DNA of 64,000 bases from Candidatus Bathyarchaeia archaeon. Lineage in GTDB: Archaea > Thermoproteota > Bathyarchaeia > Bathyarchaeales > Bathycorpusculaceae. The stretch is taken from positions 64,001-128,000 of the forward strand of contig JBEKTQ010000007.1 of NCBI GenBank assembly GCA_049515895.1. The letters run 5' to 3'. Under the pieces are notes generated by a model, which made no database searches, was not told where the DNA came from, and saw only the letters and a list, made by a program, of their open reading frames with translations. Position numbers and translations under genes: made by a program. Of the stretch, positions 39,908-49,299 are shown piece after piece (position 1 is the stretch's first letter; each line of letters opens with the position of its first letter).

Positions 39908-40630
39908 ATGCCAGTATTTTACGAAAAAAAACAGCTTGTTACGCCAGGAGAACTGCTTGCTGAAGGCGAATATTTACCTGGCGAAAACACGTACATGGAA
40001 CAAAACAAGATTTACGCCTCAAGAATAGGACTTGTGGATACCGATAATAAGAAAGTAAACGTGGTCGCGCTAAGGGCTTTTTATGTGCCCAAGATGGGAG
40101 ACATCGTGATAGGGGCAGTTCTGGAAGTCGGATTTAACGGCTGGACAATCGATATTAAAGCACCCTACACAGCAATCCTGCGTGCCTCAGACGTTTTAAG
40201 CAGGCCCTTTAAGCCTCAAAACGACGAGCTATCCGCAGTCCTAAACGCAGGCGACTTGATTGTTGCAAAAATTGCCTCATACGACCGAGCCCACGACCCA
40301 CAACTCACAGTTGGAGAGCCAGGGCTGGGAAAGATAACTCGAGGGCAAATCCTTCATGTCACACCTACAAAGATTCCTCGGGTTATAGGTCGAAAAGGCT
40401 CAATGATTTCCATGATCAAACAGGAAACAGGCTGCCAAATCATTCTAGGGTTAAACGGTGTAATCTTGGTCACTGGTAAAGGCCCTGAGGATGAAGAACT
40501 CGCGATAGAGGTCATCAGAAAAATTGAGCAGGAGTCCCACACAAGTGGCCTCACAGATCGTATAACACAGTTGCTTAAAGAACGTAAAGGTAAAGTTGAA
40601 GAAAAAGTGGAGGAAAATAAGAATGAATGA
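39908..40630 (+). CDS. rrp4: Exosome RNA-binding subunit Rrp4
   Basis: VTPGELL, S1 and KH domains ([10 protein letters not shown]). Confidence 0.96.
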   Translation: MPVFYEKKQLVTPGELLAEGEYLPGENTYMEQNKIYASRIGLVDTDNKKVNVVALRAFYVPKMGDIVIGAVLEVGFNGWTIDIKAPYTAILRASDVLSRPFKPQNDELSAVLNAGDLIVAKIASYDRAHDPQLTVGEPGLGKITRGQILHVTPTKIPRVIGRKGSMISMIKQETGCQIILGLNGVILVTGKGPEDEELAIEVIRKIEQESHTSGLTDRITQLLKERKGKVEEKVEENKNE

Positions 40631-41357
40631 AAAACCCGAAAAACTGATTGATAAAAAAGGCATCAGGTCGGATGGTAGAAAAGCAGATGAGCTTCGACCG
40701 TTGAAGCTTCAAGTTGGAGTATTATCAAACGCTGACGGATCAGCCTACATTGAACACGGCAAAAACAAAATTTTAGCCGCCGCATTTGGTCCAAGAGAGA
40801 TGCATCCTAAACACTTGGCCATGCCAGACCGTATGGTTCTGCGGTGCCGCTATCACATGGCTCCTTTTTCAGTGCAGGAACGCAAATCACCCGCGCCTTC
40901 AAGAAGAGAAGTTGAACTCTCAAAAGTCATAAAGGAGGCTTTAGAACCGGCTTTGTTCCTAGAACTTTATCCGCGGACAGGCGTTGACGTGTTCGTTGAA
41001 GTCTTGCAAGCTGACGGAGGAACCCGTTGTGCAGCCATCACTGCCGCTGCTTTAGCTATCGCGGACTCAGGTGTTCCAATGCGAGACTTAGTGGTCGCTT
41101 GCGCAGCTGGAAAGATTGATGACACAGTTGTCTTAGACCTTTATGATGCTGAAGACAAGCTCGGCGCTGCAGATGTGCCAGTAGCATACATGCCTAGTTT
41201 AAACGCGATTACGCTGCTCCAGATGGACGGCATCCTCGCTCCAGAAGAGTTTGAAAAAGCCATAAACATGGCTATGGACGGATGCAAGAAAATCTATGAA
41301 ATGCAAAAGGAAGCATTAAAAACCAAGTACATGGTTGTTAAGGAGGCTGAAGAGTAA
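40623..41357 (+). CDS. rrp41: Exosome catalytic subunit Rrp41
   Basis: [25 protein letters not shown] RNase PH motifs. Confidence 0.97.
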   Translation: MNEKPEKLIDKKGIRSDGRKADELRPLKLQVGVLSNADGSAYIEHGKNKILAAAFGPREMHPKHLAMPDRMVLRCRYHMAPFSVQERKSPAPSRREVELSKVIKEALEPALFLELYPRTGVDVFVEVLQADGGTRCAAITAAALAIADSGVPMRDLVVACAAGKIDDTVVLDLYDAEDKLGAADVPVAYMPSLNAITLLQMDGILAPEEFEKAINMAMDGCKKIYEMQKEALKTKYMVVKEAEE

Positions 41358-42148
41358 TGTCATCGTTAATAACTAAAGTAAGACTGAAGCAAATTGAAGG
41401 TCTTCTTGAAAAAGGAAAACGCCTAGACGAACGGGGCTTATGTGACACCAGAGAAATCAAAATTGAGCAAGGCTTAATCGAACGCGCTGAAGGGTCAGCA
41501 AGATGCCTTCTCGGCAAAACTGAGGTTCTTGCAGGCGTAAAAGTTGAACTTGGCGAGCCGTTCCCGGACACACCAAACGATGGAGTAATGACAGTTAACG
41601 CTGAACTTGTGCCCTTGGCTTCACCGAACTTTGAGCCGGGACCACCCGATGAAAACTCCATTGAACTTGCAAGAGTTGTTGACCGAGGCATACGCGAATC
41701 ACACGCAATCGACACTGAAAAACTTTGTATTGAGCCAGGCAAGAAGGTATTCGTTGTCTTCGTTGATGTTTACGTGCTGAACCATGATGGGAACCTGATT
41801 GACTGTTCTGCTTTGGCTGCTCTAGCTGCGTTAATGAACACTAAGATGCCGAACTACGAGATTAAAGACGGCGAAGTGAAGATAAAGCAGGGGTACACTC
41901 CGTTACCGATGAAAAGCCACCCCATAACGGTCACCATCGGCAAGATAAACAACAATTTGATCGTTGACCCATGGCTTGAAGAAGAAAAAGTTATGGATTC
42001 ACGAATAACAATGGCAATCAATGACGAATGTAACATATGCGCTGTCCAGAAAGGCGGCTCAGGCTACTTCACACCGCAACAGATTTTAGAAGCATCAAAG
42101 ATTGCTCAGAAGAAAGCAGTCGAAATACGCAAGAAGCTTGATTGGTGA
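41357..42148 (+). CDS. rrp42: Exosome subunit Rrp42
   Basis: GKRLDER, FEPGPP, ELARVVDRGIRES, HDGNLID. Confidence 0.97.
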   Translation: MSSLITKVRLKQIEGLLEKGKRLDERGLCDTREIKIEQGLIERAEGSARCLLGKTEVLAGVKVELGEPFPDTPNDGVMTVNAELVPLASPNFEPGPPDENSIELARVVDRGIRESHAIDTEKLCIEPGKKVFVVFVDVYVLNHDGNLIDCSALAALAALMNTKMPNYEIKDGEVKIKQGYTPLPMKSHPITVTIGKINNNLIVDPWLEEEKVMDSRITMAINDECNICAVQKGGSGYFTPQQILEASKIAQKKAVEIRKKLDW

Positions 42149-42489
42149 AAAAAGTGCCGAAAACAAAGAAAGTAGGTCCAACAAGAGGATTAGGGCCACG
42201 TTACGGTGCCACAGTTAGAAAACGCTATATCAAAGTCATAAGTGAACTCAAAAGACCTCACAAATGCCCAAACTGCGGCTTCGTACGGGTACACCGTGAA
42301 AGCGTTGGCGTCTGGAAATGCGGCAAATGCAACTATACCTACGCAGGCGGAGCCTACACCCCACTAACGAAGCTGGGAGTCGTGGCGAGGCGTTCAGCTA
42401 AAGGTTTGCCAGTAGAACAAGTAACGAAAGAAGCGGCGAAAGCCTCAGTCGTTGCTACCGAGCCAGCAAACGAAGAAAAAACCGACTAA
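42145..42489 (+). CDS. rpl37ae: 50S ribosomal protein L37ae (eL43)
   Basis: GPRYGATVRK, CPNC...GVWKCGKC...GGAY. Confidence 0.96.
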   Translation: MKKVPKTKKVGPTRGLGPRYGATVRKRYIKVISELKRPHKCPNCGFVRVHRESVGVWKCGKCNYTYAGGAYTPLTKLGVVARRSAKGLPVEQVTKEAAKASVVATEPANEEKTD

Positions 42490-42667
42490 AACTTTCTTTA
42501 ATTTCATTTTTTTTGAAAGAAAAATCTTTTGTATTCCAGGCTTCATGGTTTCTTAGTAACTTGGTCTCTGTCAAGATAGGCTGATCTTTGCAAATTCACG
42601 TTGCGTTTTCAAAAGCAAACGTTTACCTATGTGAAAAGTTTAATTCTTTCTGCTTCAACTTTTTTTT

Positions 42668-43157
42668 GTGTTGAGTATATTGAGCCGGTCAAAACTTGAA
42701 GACGTTTTTCCAGTGCCCGAGGAAGTCAAGAGACTGCGTGTTTTTCTAGGGGGATGGAAAGTGTATGGCACTTTAGCTTTTATGGACAAACTATTCAAGG
42801 TTGAGGGATCCGCTGAGTTTTCTTCAGCCGCGGCTGGATGGGGGCTCCTAACCCGGGTTGAGTTGAAAGTAGAGGATTTGGGGTTGTACGAGGAAGTTGA
42901 CATTTTGGGCTTTGACCGAAATGAGAAAACATCACTTCTTTGCCTTAACCAACACGGCAGCCGCTTACGATCATAAGGGAAAATGGCTAAGCGGCAACAC
43001 GTTAAGTTTTACCTGCGAAGGTTTGCGAGACGGGAAAAAATACAAAGAAGAACTCAAAATCAAGATTAGAACCCCGAATGAATTCACTATAGACGAAAAA
43101 GACTCCTTGGGGGGTCATATAGTTACAACGATGAATTGCGCACTCAGAAAGGTCTGA
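42668..43157 (+). pseudogene. Frameshifted DUF1579-like beta-barrel protein
   Basis: ORF 42668-42976 (LRVFLGGWKVYG...ILGFDRNEK) continues in another frame (HFFALTNTAAAYDHKGKW...) from ~42925-42930. Confidence 0.6.
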
Positions 43158-43424
43158 GGCAAAATGCATATTTTTTGAACAAACCGAGTGTTTAACAGCT
43201 TGGATTGTGTGCGGAAGACTCTTTTTTGTGGCTTGGGTGTCTCAGCTTTTAGGATTTGCATACAAATCCACTCAAGGAATAACGGGAAAATCGGGTTTTT
43301 TCTCATTAATATTAACCGTCAGGTCTTTTCCCTTATTTCGTCTCTCTAGGGCTCTCCTTTAAAATATATATTGCCAGACAGACAAGTGCTATTATGCAAG
43401 CATATTTAACGGAGAATCGAAAAA

Positions 43425-43994
43425 ATGTCCCATAAAGGAGAAGCGTACTCAGCCTCGGGAGCTTTCTTTTTAGATAATCCGATCAGACGGTGGCTTCAGC
43501 CTCCTTCTGAACTCATAGGAATACTCGCTATCAACCCGAATGACATTGTAATGGATTTTGGTTGTGGACCGGGATTCTTCACGATAGAGCTAGCAAAGAA
43601 AGCAAAAAGGGTGGTGGCGGTTGACCTTTCACCCGAGATGCTTAAGAAAGCCGAAAATAAAGGGGCTAAGGCAGGCGTTAAAAATATTGAGTTTATGCAA
43701 AGTGATGGCACAAAAATTCAGCTTGATGCCCGCTCGGTTGATTTGATTTTTCTTGTTACTGTCTTCCATGAAATCGGAGACACCCAAAGGGTTTTAGCAG
43801 AATTCCACCGAATTCTCAAACCCTCTGGCAGCCTCGTGATCGTGGAAGTTGTAAAGAAAGGCACCTTTCCTGGGGCGCCAATCCAAAACCCGGAAGTGCT
43901 GAAAAAAGAAGTTGAAACAGGCAACTTCAACCTAACGCAGATGCAACCATACAAGAATTACGGCATTTTCTTCTTCAACAAAAATGTTGGCTAA
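43425..43994 (+). CDS. Class I SAM-dependent methyltransferase
   Basis: MDFGCGPG, AVDLS, VDLIF, LKPSG. Confidence 0.93.
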   Translation: MSHKGEAYSASGAFFLDNPIRRWLQPPSELIGILAINPNDIVMDFGCGPGFFTIELAKKAKRVVAVDLSPEMLKKAENKGAKAGVKNIEFMQSDGTKIQLDARSVDLIFLVTVFHEIGDTQRVLAEFHRILKPSGSLVIVEVVKKGTFPGAPIQNPEVLKKEVETGNFNLTQMQPYKNYGIFFFNKNVG

Positions 43995-44053
43995 GATTGA
44001 ATCTGCTTTAGCGCCAACTATTTGCTGATAAGCCTAAATTCTTAGAAAACAAG

Positions 44054-44076
44054 CCAAACTAAAAAAGTAAGTTTGG
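44054..44076 (-). terminator. Hairpin with T-tract in its loop between convergent genes
   Basis: CCAAACT-N9-AGTTTGG; minus-strand loop TACTTTTTT, just after the stop of 44083-45147. Confidence 0.45.
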
Positions 44077-44082
44077 GAGACC

Positions 44083-45147
44083 TCAGATGCCGAGGCTGTT
44101 GATTAATCTGCCCGAGTTGGCGTCAATAACCAAGACGATCTTGTTACCTTTGTGGTCAAACTTTGAGAACCAAACGGGAGTATGAAGCAGCTCCACATCA
44201 CCAATGTCTGAATCTGTGTGTATTGATTGTATCATGTGGTATTTCTCATGTGCCTTTTGTGATTGAAGCTGATCAACCAACGTCCTCGCTTGAGACTTGG
44301 CTACGTCTTCGCTGATGTCGCCATTTAAGATTTTGACATCTTTCGGCAGTTTGGAAATATCAAAAAGTTCTCTAGCTTCAAGGTTAAATTGGTAATCGCG
44401 CGGCTGATAATCAGAGAGAGCTTTTAGCGCAATGACGGGGAAGTTGTAGTTCATGTCCATCTGCTCAGACTTTCTCATTCCGCCGTACCCCATTCCCATG
44501 CCCCAAGCCATGATTCTTATTCGTTTAAGCCCAAGAATACCAGCAAACGGGTTGTCCCTTGATTCACCTGGAAAAGCGCGTCTTCCTCCCATTCCTCCAC
44601 CTCGTCTACCTCCGCCTCCTCCGAAACCTCCGCCCATCCCGCCGAATATTACCCCCATCAATGCAGCGGTTGTAGCTGTCTGCGCAATTTGCGCGGTTTC
44701 ATCTGCGGCAACTATGCTCGTTCTCGCTGAGACGCTTACAATCCAGTAAGGCACGAAAGTTAGGCTCATTTCCTCCTGTTTGGAGTCTTCGTGAAGGTGC
44801 CTGTGCAAGAGACCCTTATCCATCATAGGCACTATTATTGAATTCAATTGATCTACAGTAGCAACCTTCAAAGGTAGCATCGTCTGCTTCTGTATGTTAG
44901 TCCATCCTTGGCTCCCCAAAGTTACTCCGGTGCCACAGTACTCGCAGGTTATAACCATCTCTCCAAACTTTGGCGCAATCGGCGCCCCACAACTCGGACA
45001 CTTCAAGGATTGCACCCCTGAAGGGGCAAGGATAGGTCCAGTTGAGGTCGACGTCGGTTTAGCAGTATTTAATCCGGTGCTTGTTCCGCATTTAACGCAG
45101 AACGCGGCGTCATCTGGAAGTTGAGCACCACAGTTATGGCAGTACAA
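44083..45147 (-). CDS. Double zinc-ribbon domain protein with Gly-rich insert
   Basis: YCHNCG...FCVKCG and CPSCG...CEYCG; GGM/GR-rich segment; C-terminal IDANSG. Confidence 0.85.
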   Translation of the reverse strand: MYCHNCGAQLPDDAAFCVKCGTSTGLNTAKPTSTSTGPILAPSGVQSLKCPSCGAPIAPKFGEMVITCEYCGTGVTLGSQGWTNIQKQTMLPLKVATVDQLNSIIVPMMDKGLLHRHLHEDSKQEEMSLTFVPYWIVSVSARTSIVAADETAQIAQTATTAALMGVIFGGMGGGFGGGGGRRGGGMGGRRAFPGESRDNPFAGILGLKRIRIMAWGMGMGYGGMRKSEQMDMNYNFPVIALKALSDYQPRDYQFNLEARELFDISKLPKDVKILNGDISEDVAKSQARTLVDQLQSQKAHEKYHMIQSIHTDSDIGDVELLHTPVWFSKFDHKGNKIVLVIDANSGRLINSLGI

Positions 45148-45292
45148 TCTTTTCCACCGTCTCTCTAAATAAATCTTCTTTCTCTTAAATTTACCTCAAA
45201 TAAGTTCTGTCTTTTCTGCGAAAAAACGGATTTGGCTTACTGAAAATCATTTTGGGAAAAAACTAAATACCTGACTATAATACTCATGTTTC

Positions 45293-45988
45293 ATGGCTAT
45301 CAAAAAGAAGGGTGTAAATAAGAAAGCAATTTTAGCTGTCATGTTGTTGGCTTTAATCGTGATTGGGGTTGGTGCAGCTGCAGTTTTCTCAAATCAAAAG
45401 CACCCTTTAGTGACAGCAAAGGTAGGAGTTAATGTTGGTGACACTTTTACCTACAGTCTAAGCGGCATCAGTTCAGGTCCTGTTCCCTCTACAATAAACC
45501 CGGATTTTTCCATCTATAACGACACGTCATACTACAAAGTTATAGTGACAGCTATCAACGGCACGAGTGTAGCGCTTGACACAAACTGGGTATTCAGAAA
45601 TGGAACAAACGTTGAAAGCCCACAGACAATAAATTTGGCCTCTGGGATTTTGAGTGATTTAAGTGGCTTTTATCCTCTTTACCCCTCTGATATGAACGCA
45701 AATCAGACGATTTACCCTCATGTCTATCGTGATGTCATCGTTAACGGAACAAGCCCCGAACCCTACGCCAGCGGCCAAAGAGAAACAAACTACTACACGC
45801 TTGAAAACCTGTTTTACAACACTCAAGATCCAACTGGAAGCACGCAAGTCTCCACATACGACCAAGTCTATTTTGACAGACAAACAGGAATGCTTACCAG
45901 CCTAGTGGACATTAAAGACTACAATAATCCAGAGTTATCTACAGAGGTTATTTGGACGCTTACTGATACAAATGTTTGGCAGATTTAA
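45293..45988 (+). CDS. Membrane-anchored secreted hypothetical protein
   Basis: Basic N-terminus plus TM, VGVNVGDTFTY, YFDRQTGML, LTDTNVW; several sequons. Confidence 0.8.
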   Translation: MAIKKKGVNKKAILAVMLLALIVIGVGAAAVFSNQKHPLVTAKVGVNVGDTFTYSLSGISSGPVPSTINPDFSIYNDTSYYKVIVTAINGTSVALDTNWVFRNGTNVESPQTINLASGILSDLSGFYPLYPSDMNANQTIYPHVYRDVIVNGTSPEPYASGQRETNYYTLENLFYNTQDPTGSTQVSTYDQVYFDRQTGMLTSLVDIKDYNNPELSTEVIWTLTDTNVWQI

Positions 45989-46199
45989 ACCGCTTTTCTC
46001 CTAGCGTCACTGATTTGTCCTTTTTGATAAAAGCCGGATTATTCAAATAGCAACAAGCATTTTTGGGTAGTTGTTCTTCATCCTAAAGATGTGTTCTCGT
46101 TTACTTGACAAAGAACTGGGTTTGCACTAAGCAAAAGGGTTAGCACAAGCGAAAAAATGAAATAGTTAAGCGCTCAAACTGATTAGCAAAGGCGAGTCT

Positions 46200-46967
46200 A
46201 TGTCTTATAGCGTGAATATGCAGGAAGCAGCTAAGAGCAAGGGTTCACGAATCATTTTGGCCCTAGATTTACCTTTTGAAGCTCCAGACAACCGAGGCAA
46301 AATCCTATCCAAAGCGCAAAGCATCCTCAAAGCAGTTCACCCCTACATATGTGCGGTCAAGATAAATCATCATCTCGTTCTTCCGCTTGGAACCTTCGAC
46401 GGCGTACAACAACTTGTGGAGAAAATCCGCGGGCAAGGGTTAATCGCGATTATGGATGCAAAAGTCAATGATATAGGCGCCACCAACCAGACAATAGCGC
46501 AGTATTACTTTGCGGCTGGCTTTGATGCGTTGATCGCGAACCCCTTCATTGGTTGGGAAGAAGGATTAAAACCGCTCTTTGAGGTTTCCCAGCGGCTCAA
46601 TCGAGGAATGATCCTTCTGTGTTACATGAGCCATAGAGGCGCATGCGAAGGCTACGGACAAACCATAATCGACCCCGAAACAGGCGAGAAAACCTTGCAG
46701 TACCTTGCCTTTGCAAAAAGAGCAGTAAAGTATGGTGCTGACGGAATAGTGGTCGGCGCAACTTACCCTCAAATAATAACTGAGGTGAAAAAGGTTGTTG
46801 GCGAAAAAGTCGCCATTTATTCGCCAGGCGTAGGCGCTCAAGGTGGCTCTGCGGAAACAGCCCTTAAAGCAGGTGCTAATTACCTCATTATCGGAAGAGA
46901 AATTACTCTTGCAGCTGACCCTGCCAAAGTGGCAAGCGAAATATTGGATTCAATAAAAATGGTATAA
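46200..46967 (+). CDS. pyrF: Orotidine-5'-phosphate decarboxylase
   Basis: LALD, DAKVNDIGAT, PGVGAQGG, IGREI. Confidence 0.96.
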   Translation: MSYSVNMQEAAKSKGSRIILALDLPFEAPDNRGKILSKAQSILKAVHPYICAVKINHHLVLPLGTFDGVQQLVEKIRGQGLIAIMDAKVNDIGATNQTIAQYYFAAGFDALIANPFIGWEEGLKPLFEVSQRLNRGMILLCYMSHRGACEGYGQTIIDPETGEKTLQYLAFAKRAVKYGADGIVVGATYPQIITEVKKVVGEKVAIYSPGVGAQGGSAETALKAGANYLIIGREITLAADPAKVASEILDSIKMV

Positions 46968-46972
46968 GTGGC

Positions 46973-47128
46973 TTATCTTCCGCGTTTGTTCTCCCAAAGC
47001 TCTTTCTTAAGCAGGTCACGTACAGCTGACCTGATAACGCTGCTTCTGCTCGGGTACATGTTCGCTCGGACTAGTTCATCTAAGCCTTCCAGATATGCTT
47101 CTGGCAACAAGACTGTTACAAGTTTCAC
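46973..47128 (-). CDS. Ribbon-helix-helix (CopG/CdrS-like) regulator
   Basis: MKLVTVLLPEAYLEGLDELVRANMYPSRSSVIRSAVRDLL; GTG start with GGAGG RBS. Confidence 0.9.
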   Translation of the reverse strand: MKLVTVLLPEAYLEGLDELVRANMYPSRSSVIRSAVRDLLKKELWENKRGR

Positions 47129-47322
47129 TTCTGTTTTTCCTCCCTCAATATATATTATGCCTATAACATGCTCCAAATATAAGAGCTTAACCAGCAACCA
47201 CTAACTACTCAACAACCCTTTGATGCAAAATAGATTCCTCTTATTCGTTTTTCGCACCAGCAACAACCATTTTCTTATGATTTGATTCCCACTCCCAAAA
47301 ATGAGGTGACTCCGAATGCGTC

Positions 47323-48165
47323 TTAAAGATTCCTAAGTTGGTCCAGCGTTCCAAGATAAGTGCCGTCCAACAAGTAAAGCTCAGAGTTATCCACATCCAC
47401 AGCTTCAGAACGTAATACGGGTCCAATCAAGGCTCTGCTGCCGATTTCTTTTCTGGGTTTAGTTTCATTTACGGGTCTGCCGCCCAAGAAATCGTTAAAG
47501 CTGGGCATTATGAAAATTTCCTTTGCTTTGAGCTTTGCGTTATAATGTTTCCACAGCGTTTCAGCAACTGTGCCTTCGATTTTCACATGATGCTTTTGCA
47601 GCAGAATCTTCGCTAGGGCTTCAGTATTGCAGCTTGCCCTCATCCAGGCTTGCCTTATGATTTTGAAGCCTGCTGGGTCGCGGAAGACAACGACCGGGTG
47701 CAAGTGCCCCATCACCAACGTTTTGCAGCCAAGCAACGCAGGCGAAGGCCATTTGTGCCCATGAAAAACGCCGACGTCGCCGATTGCAATACCTGTGGAA
47801 GGCAGAAGCCTGATGTTCTCTGGCAGAAGCGGCTCGATGTTAGCGTCGTGGTTTCCGCGGACAACTGCTATTTCGCTGACGATGCTTTGCAGTTTAGTAA
47901 AGAAGTCGGGTACATCATGCCGCTCGCCTAGTTCGCTTGAAATAACTGTGTACTTCACGTCTCCGACAATTACCAACTGTTGCGGCTCGTATTTGCTGAG
48001 GATCGCCGTTAGCTTGTTGAGAATCTTGGGCGTCTGGCTTGGAATATGGATACCTTTTTGTTGAAGCTCCATCTCCCACCCGATGTGCGGGTCAGCGATA
48101 AGCAGAGTTTTTGTCTTTTCTGTTTTCACCATTGCTGCAGGGTTAGGCCAAAGTAGACTTAACAT
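47323..48165 (-). CDS. Metallophosphoesterase (calcineurin-like)
   Basis: ADPHIG, GDVK, GNHD, HGH, GHLHP motifs. Confidence 0.92.
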   Translation of the reverse strand: MLSLLWPNPAAMVKTEKTKTLLIADPHIGWEMELQQKGIHIPSQTPKILNKLTAILSKYEPQQLVIVGDVKYTVISSELGERHDVPDFFTKLQSIVSEIAVVRGNHDANIEPLLPENIRLLPSTGIAIGDVGVFHGHKWPSPALLGCKTLVMGHLHPVVVFRDPAGFKIIRQAWMRASCNTEALAKILLQKHHVKIEGTVAETLWKHYNAKLKAKEIFIMPSFNDFLGGRPVNETKPRKEIGSRALIGPVLRSEAVDVDNSELYLLDGTYLGTLDQLRNL

Positions 48166-48995
48166 TACGGTTTAACCAGGCTTAAGATTTTTTCGTGGAT
48201 TCTCTTGTTGCCCGAAGCTATGAAACTCAAAGTTCGCTTAGGGTCCAATTCAGCATTCAATGGTTGATTATCGGGAGTTGTTATTGTTCCGCCGGCCTCC
48301 TTAATGATGAGAAAGCTCGCCGCGACATCGGTGGTTCTGAGTTTTCCCCGCAGGTCGACAAACGCGTCTGTCGAACCGTCGGCCACGTAACAGAGCTCCA
48401 AAGCGTTGGCACCAAAATGGCGGATATGCTTAGTTTTTCCAATAAGCTCGGTTACTTTTGGCGCGACATCTTTAACTTTGTAAGTATTAAGATCTAACCC
48501 TATCAATGCATCATCCAACGAATCCGTTTTTGATGGCTCTATTTTTTTCCCTTCGCGGAATGCACCTTCGCCCAAAAAAGCGGTGTAAGTTACGTCATGG
48601 AAGAGATCTGCGACCAACCCAGCTTGGACCTCCGCAAGCCAAGCCTTATCGGAAACCGCAATGGAGCAAGCGTAGAATGGCAAACCATGCATGAAATTGG
48701 TGCTTCCATCAATCGGGTCAACAGTAACATGGCACTTTTCAGCTGAGGAGCCGAACTCTCGCACCCCTGACTCTTCACTGATTAGCTTGAACGAAATGTT
48801 GTGTTGGTTTAAGGTGTCAATGATTGCTTTTTCAGCAGCCAAATCCATCGGCTTCACCGCGTCGCCGCCTGCGCCCACACCCAGGTTAGGCTGCGTTTCT
48901 TTGATGGTTTTGAAGCACGGCGCAATGTTTTTTTGCACGTTGTTTTTGCATTCGAGAAGGATTTTTTGCCAGTTTGTTTGTTTCTGCATTTTCAT
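48165..48995 (-). CDS. suhB: Inositol monophosphatase / fructose-1,6-bisphosphatase (FIG family)
   Basis: SEE, DPIDGSTNF, TDVAAS motifs. Confidence 0.9.
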   Translation of the reverse strand: MKMQKQTNWQKILLECKNNVQKNIAPCFKTIKETQPNLGVGAGGDAVKPMDLAAEKAIIDTLNQHNISFKLISEESGVREFGSSAEKCHVTVDPIDGSTNFMHGLPFYACSIAVSDKAWLAEVQAGLVADLFHDVTYTAFLGEGAFREGKKIEPSKTDSLDDALIGLDLNTYKVKDVAPKVTELIGKTKHIRHFGANALELCYVADGSTDAFVDLRGKLRTTDVAASFLIIKEAGGTITTPDNQPLNAELDPKRTLSFIASGNKRIHEKILSLVKP

Positions 48996-49104
48996 TGATG
49001 GGTCTTCCTGATTGTTGTTAATAGATGGAACGAATTGATAAAGACTATACCCTACATTTCAACGGCTAAAAGTCGGAAGCAGCCGGTTAAACAGTAGTCT
49101 GAAT

Positions 49105-49121
49105 CCGAAATGCTTATATTT
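49105..49121 (+). promoter_or_regulatory. BRE-TATA promoter of the aromatic operon leader
   Basis: CCGAAA-TGC-TTATATTT about 40 nt upstream of the leader ATG. Confidence 0.6.
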
Positions 49122-49159
49122 TCTGTTTTATGACTCATTGAGCAAGGTTCGAAGCTTCA

Positions 49160-49243
49160 ATGTCAAATAACGTGTTGAAAAAAGAAAACGTTGCCTCATG
49201 GTTCCAGAGCTTCGACTACTTTTATTATAGTTATTTTCCTTAA
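49160..49243 (+). CDS. Aromatic-amino-acid-rich leader peptide (27 aa)
   Basis: MSNNVLKKENVASWFQSFDYFYYSYFP*; 1 Trp, 4 Phe, 4 Tyr in the last 14 codons; ends 56 nt before lysC. Confidence 0.85.
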   Translation: MSNNVLKKENVASWFQSFDYFYYSYFP

Positions 49244-49281
49244 GCCCAGAACTGGAAATTTTTTTTAGTAAAGTTCTGGGC
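49244..49281 (+). promoter_or_regulatory. Attenuator-like hairpin enclosing a U8 tract
   Basis: GCCCAGAACT (49244-53) / AGTTCTGGGC (49272-81) perfect 10-bp stem; T8 at 49259-66. Confidence 0.75.
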
Positions 49282-49299
49282 ACAGCATGGGTGTAGCAC

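Noticed and set aside
48165-48995. IMPase/FBPase as part of the DKFP supply for the aro operon
   Set aside because: It is divergent and coupled to a phosphoesterase gene; nothing beyond proximity supports a functional link.
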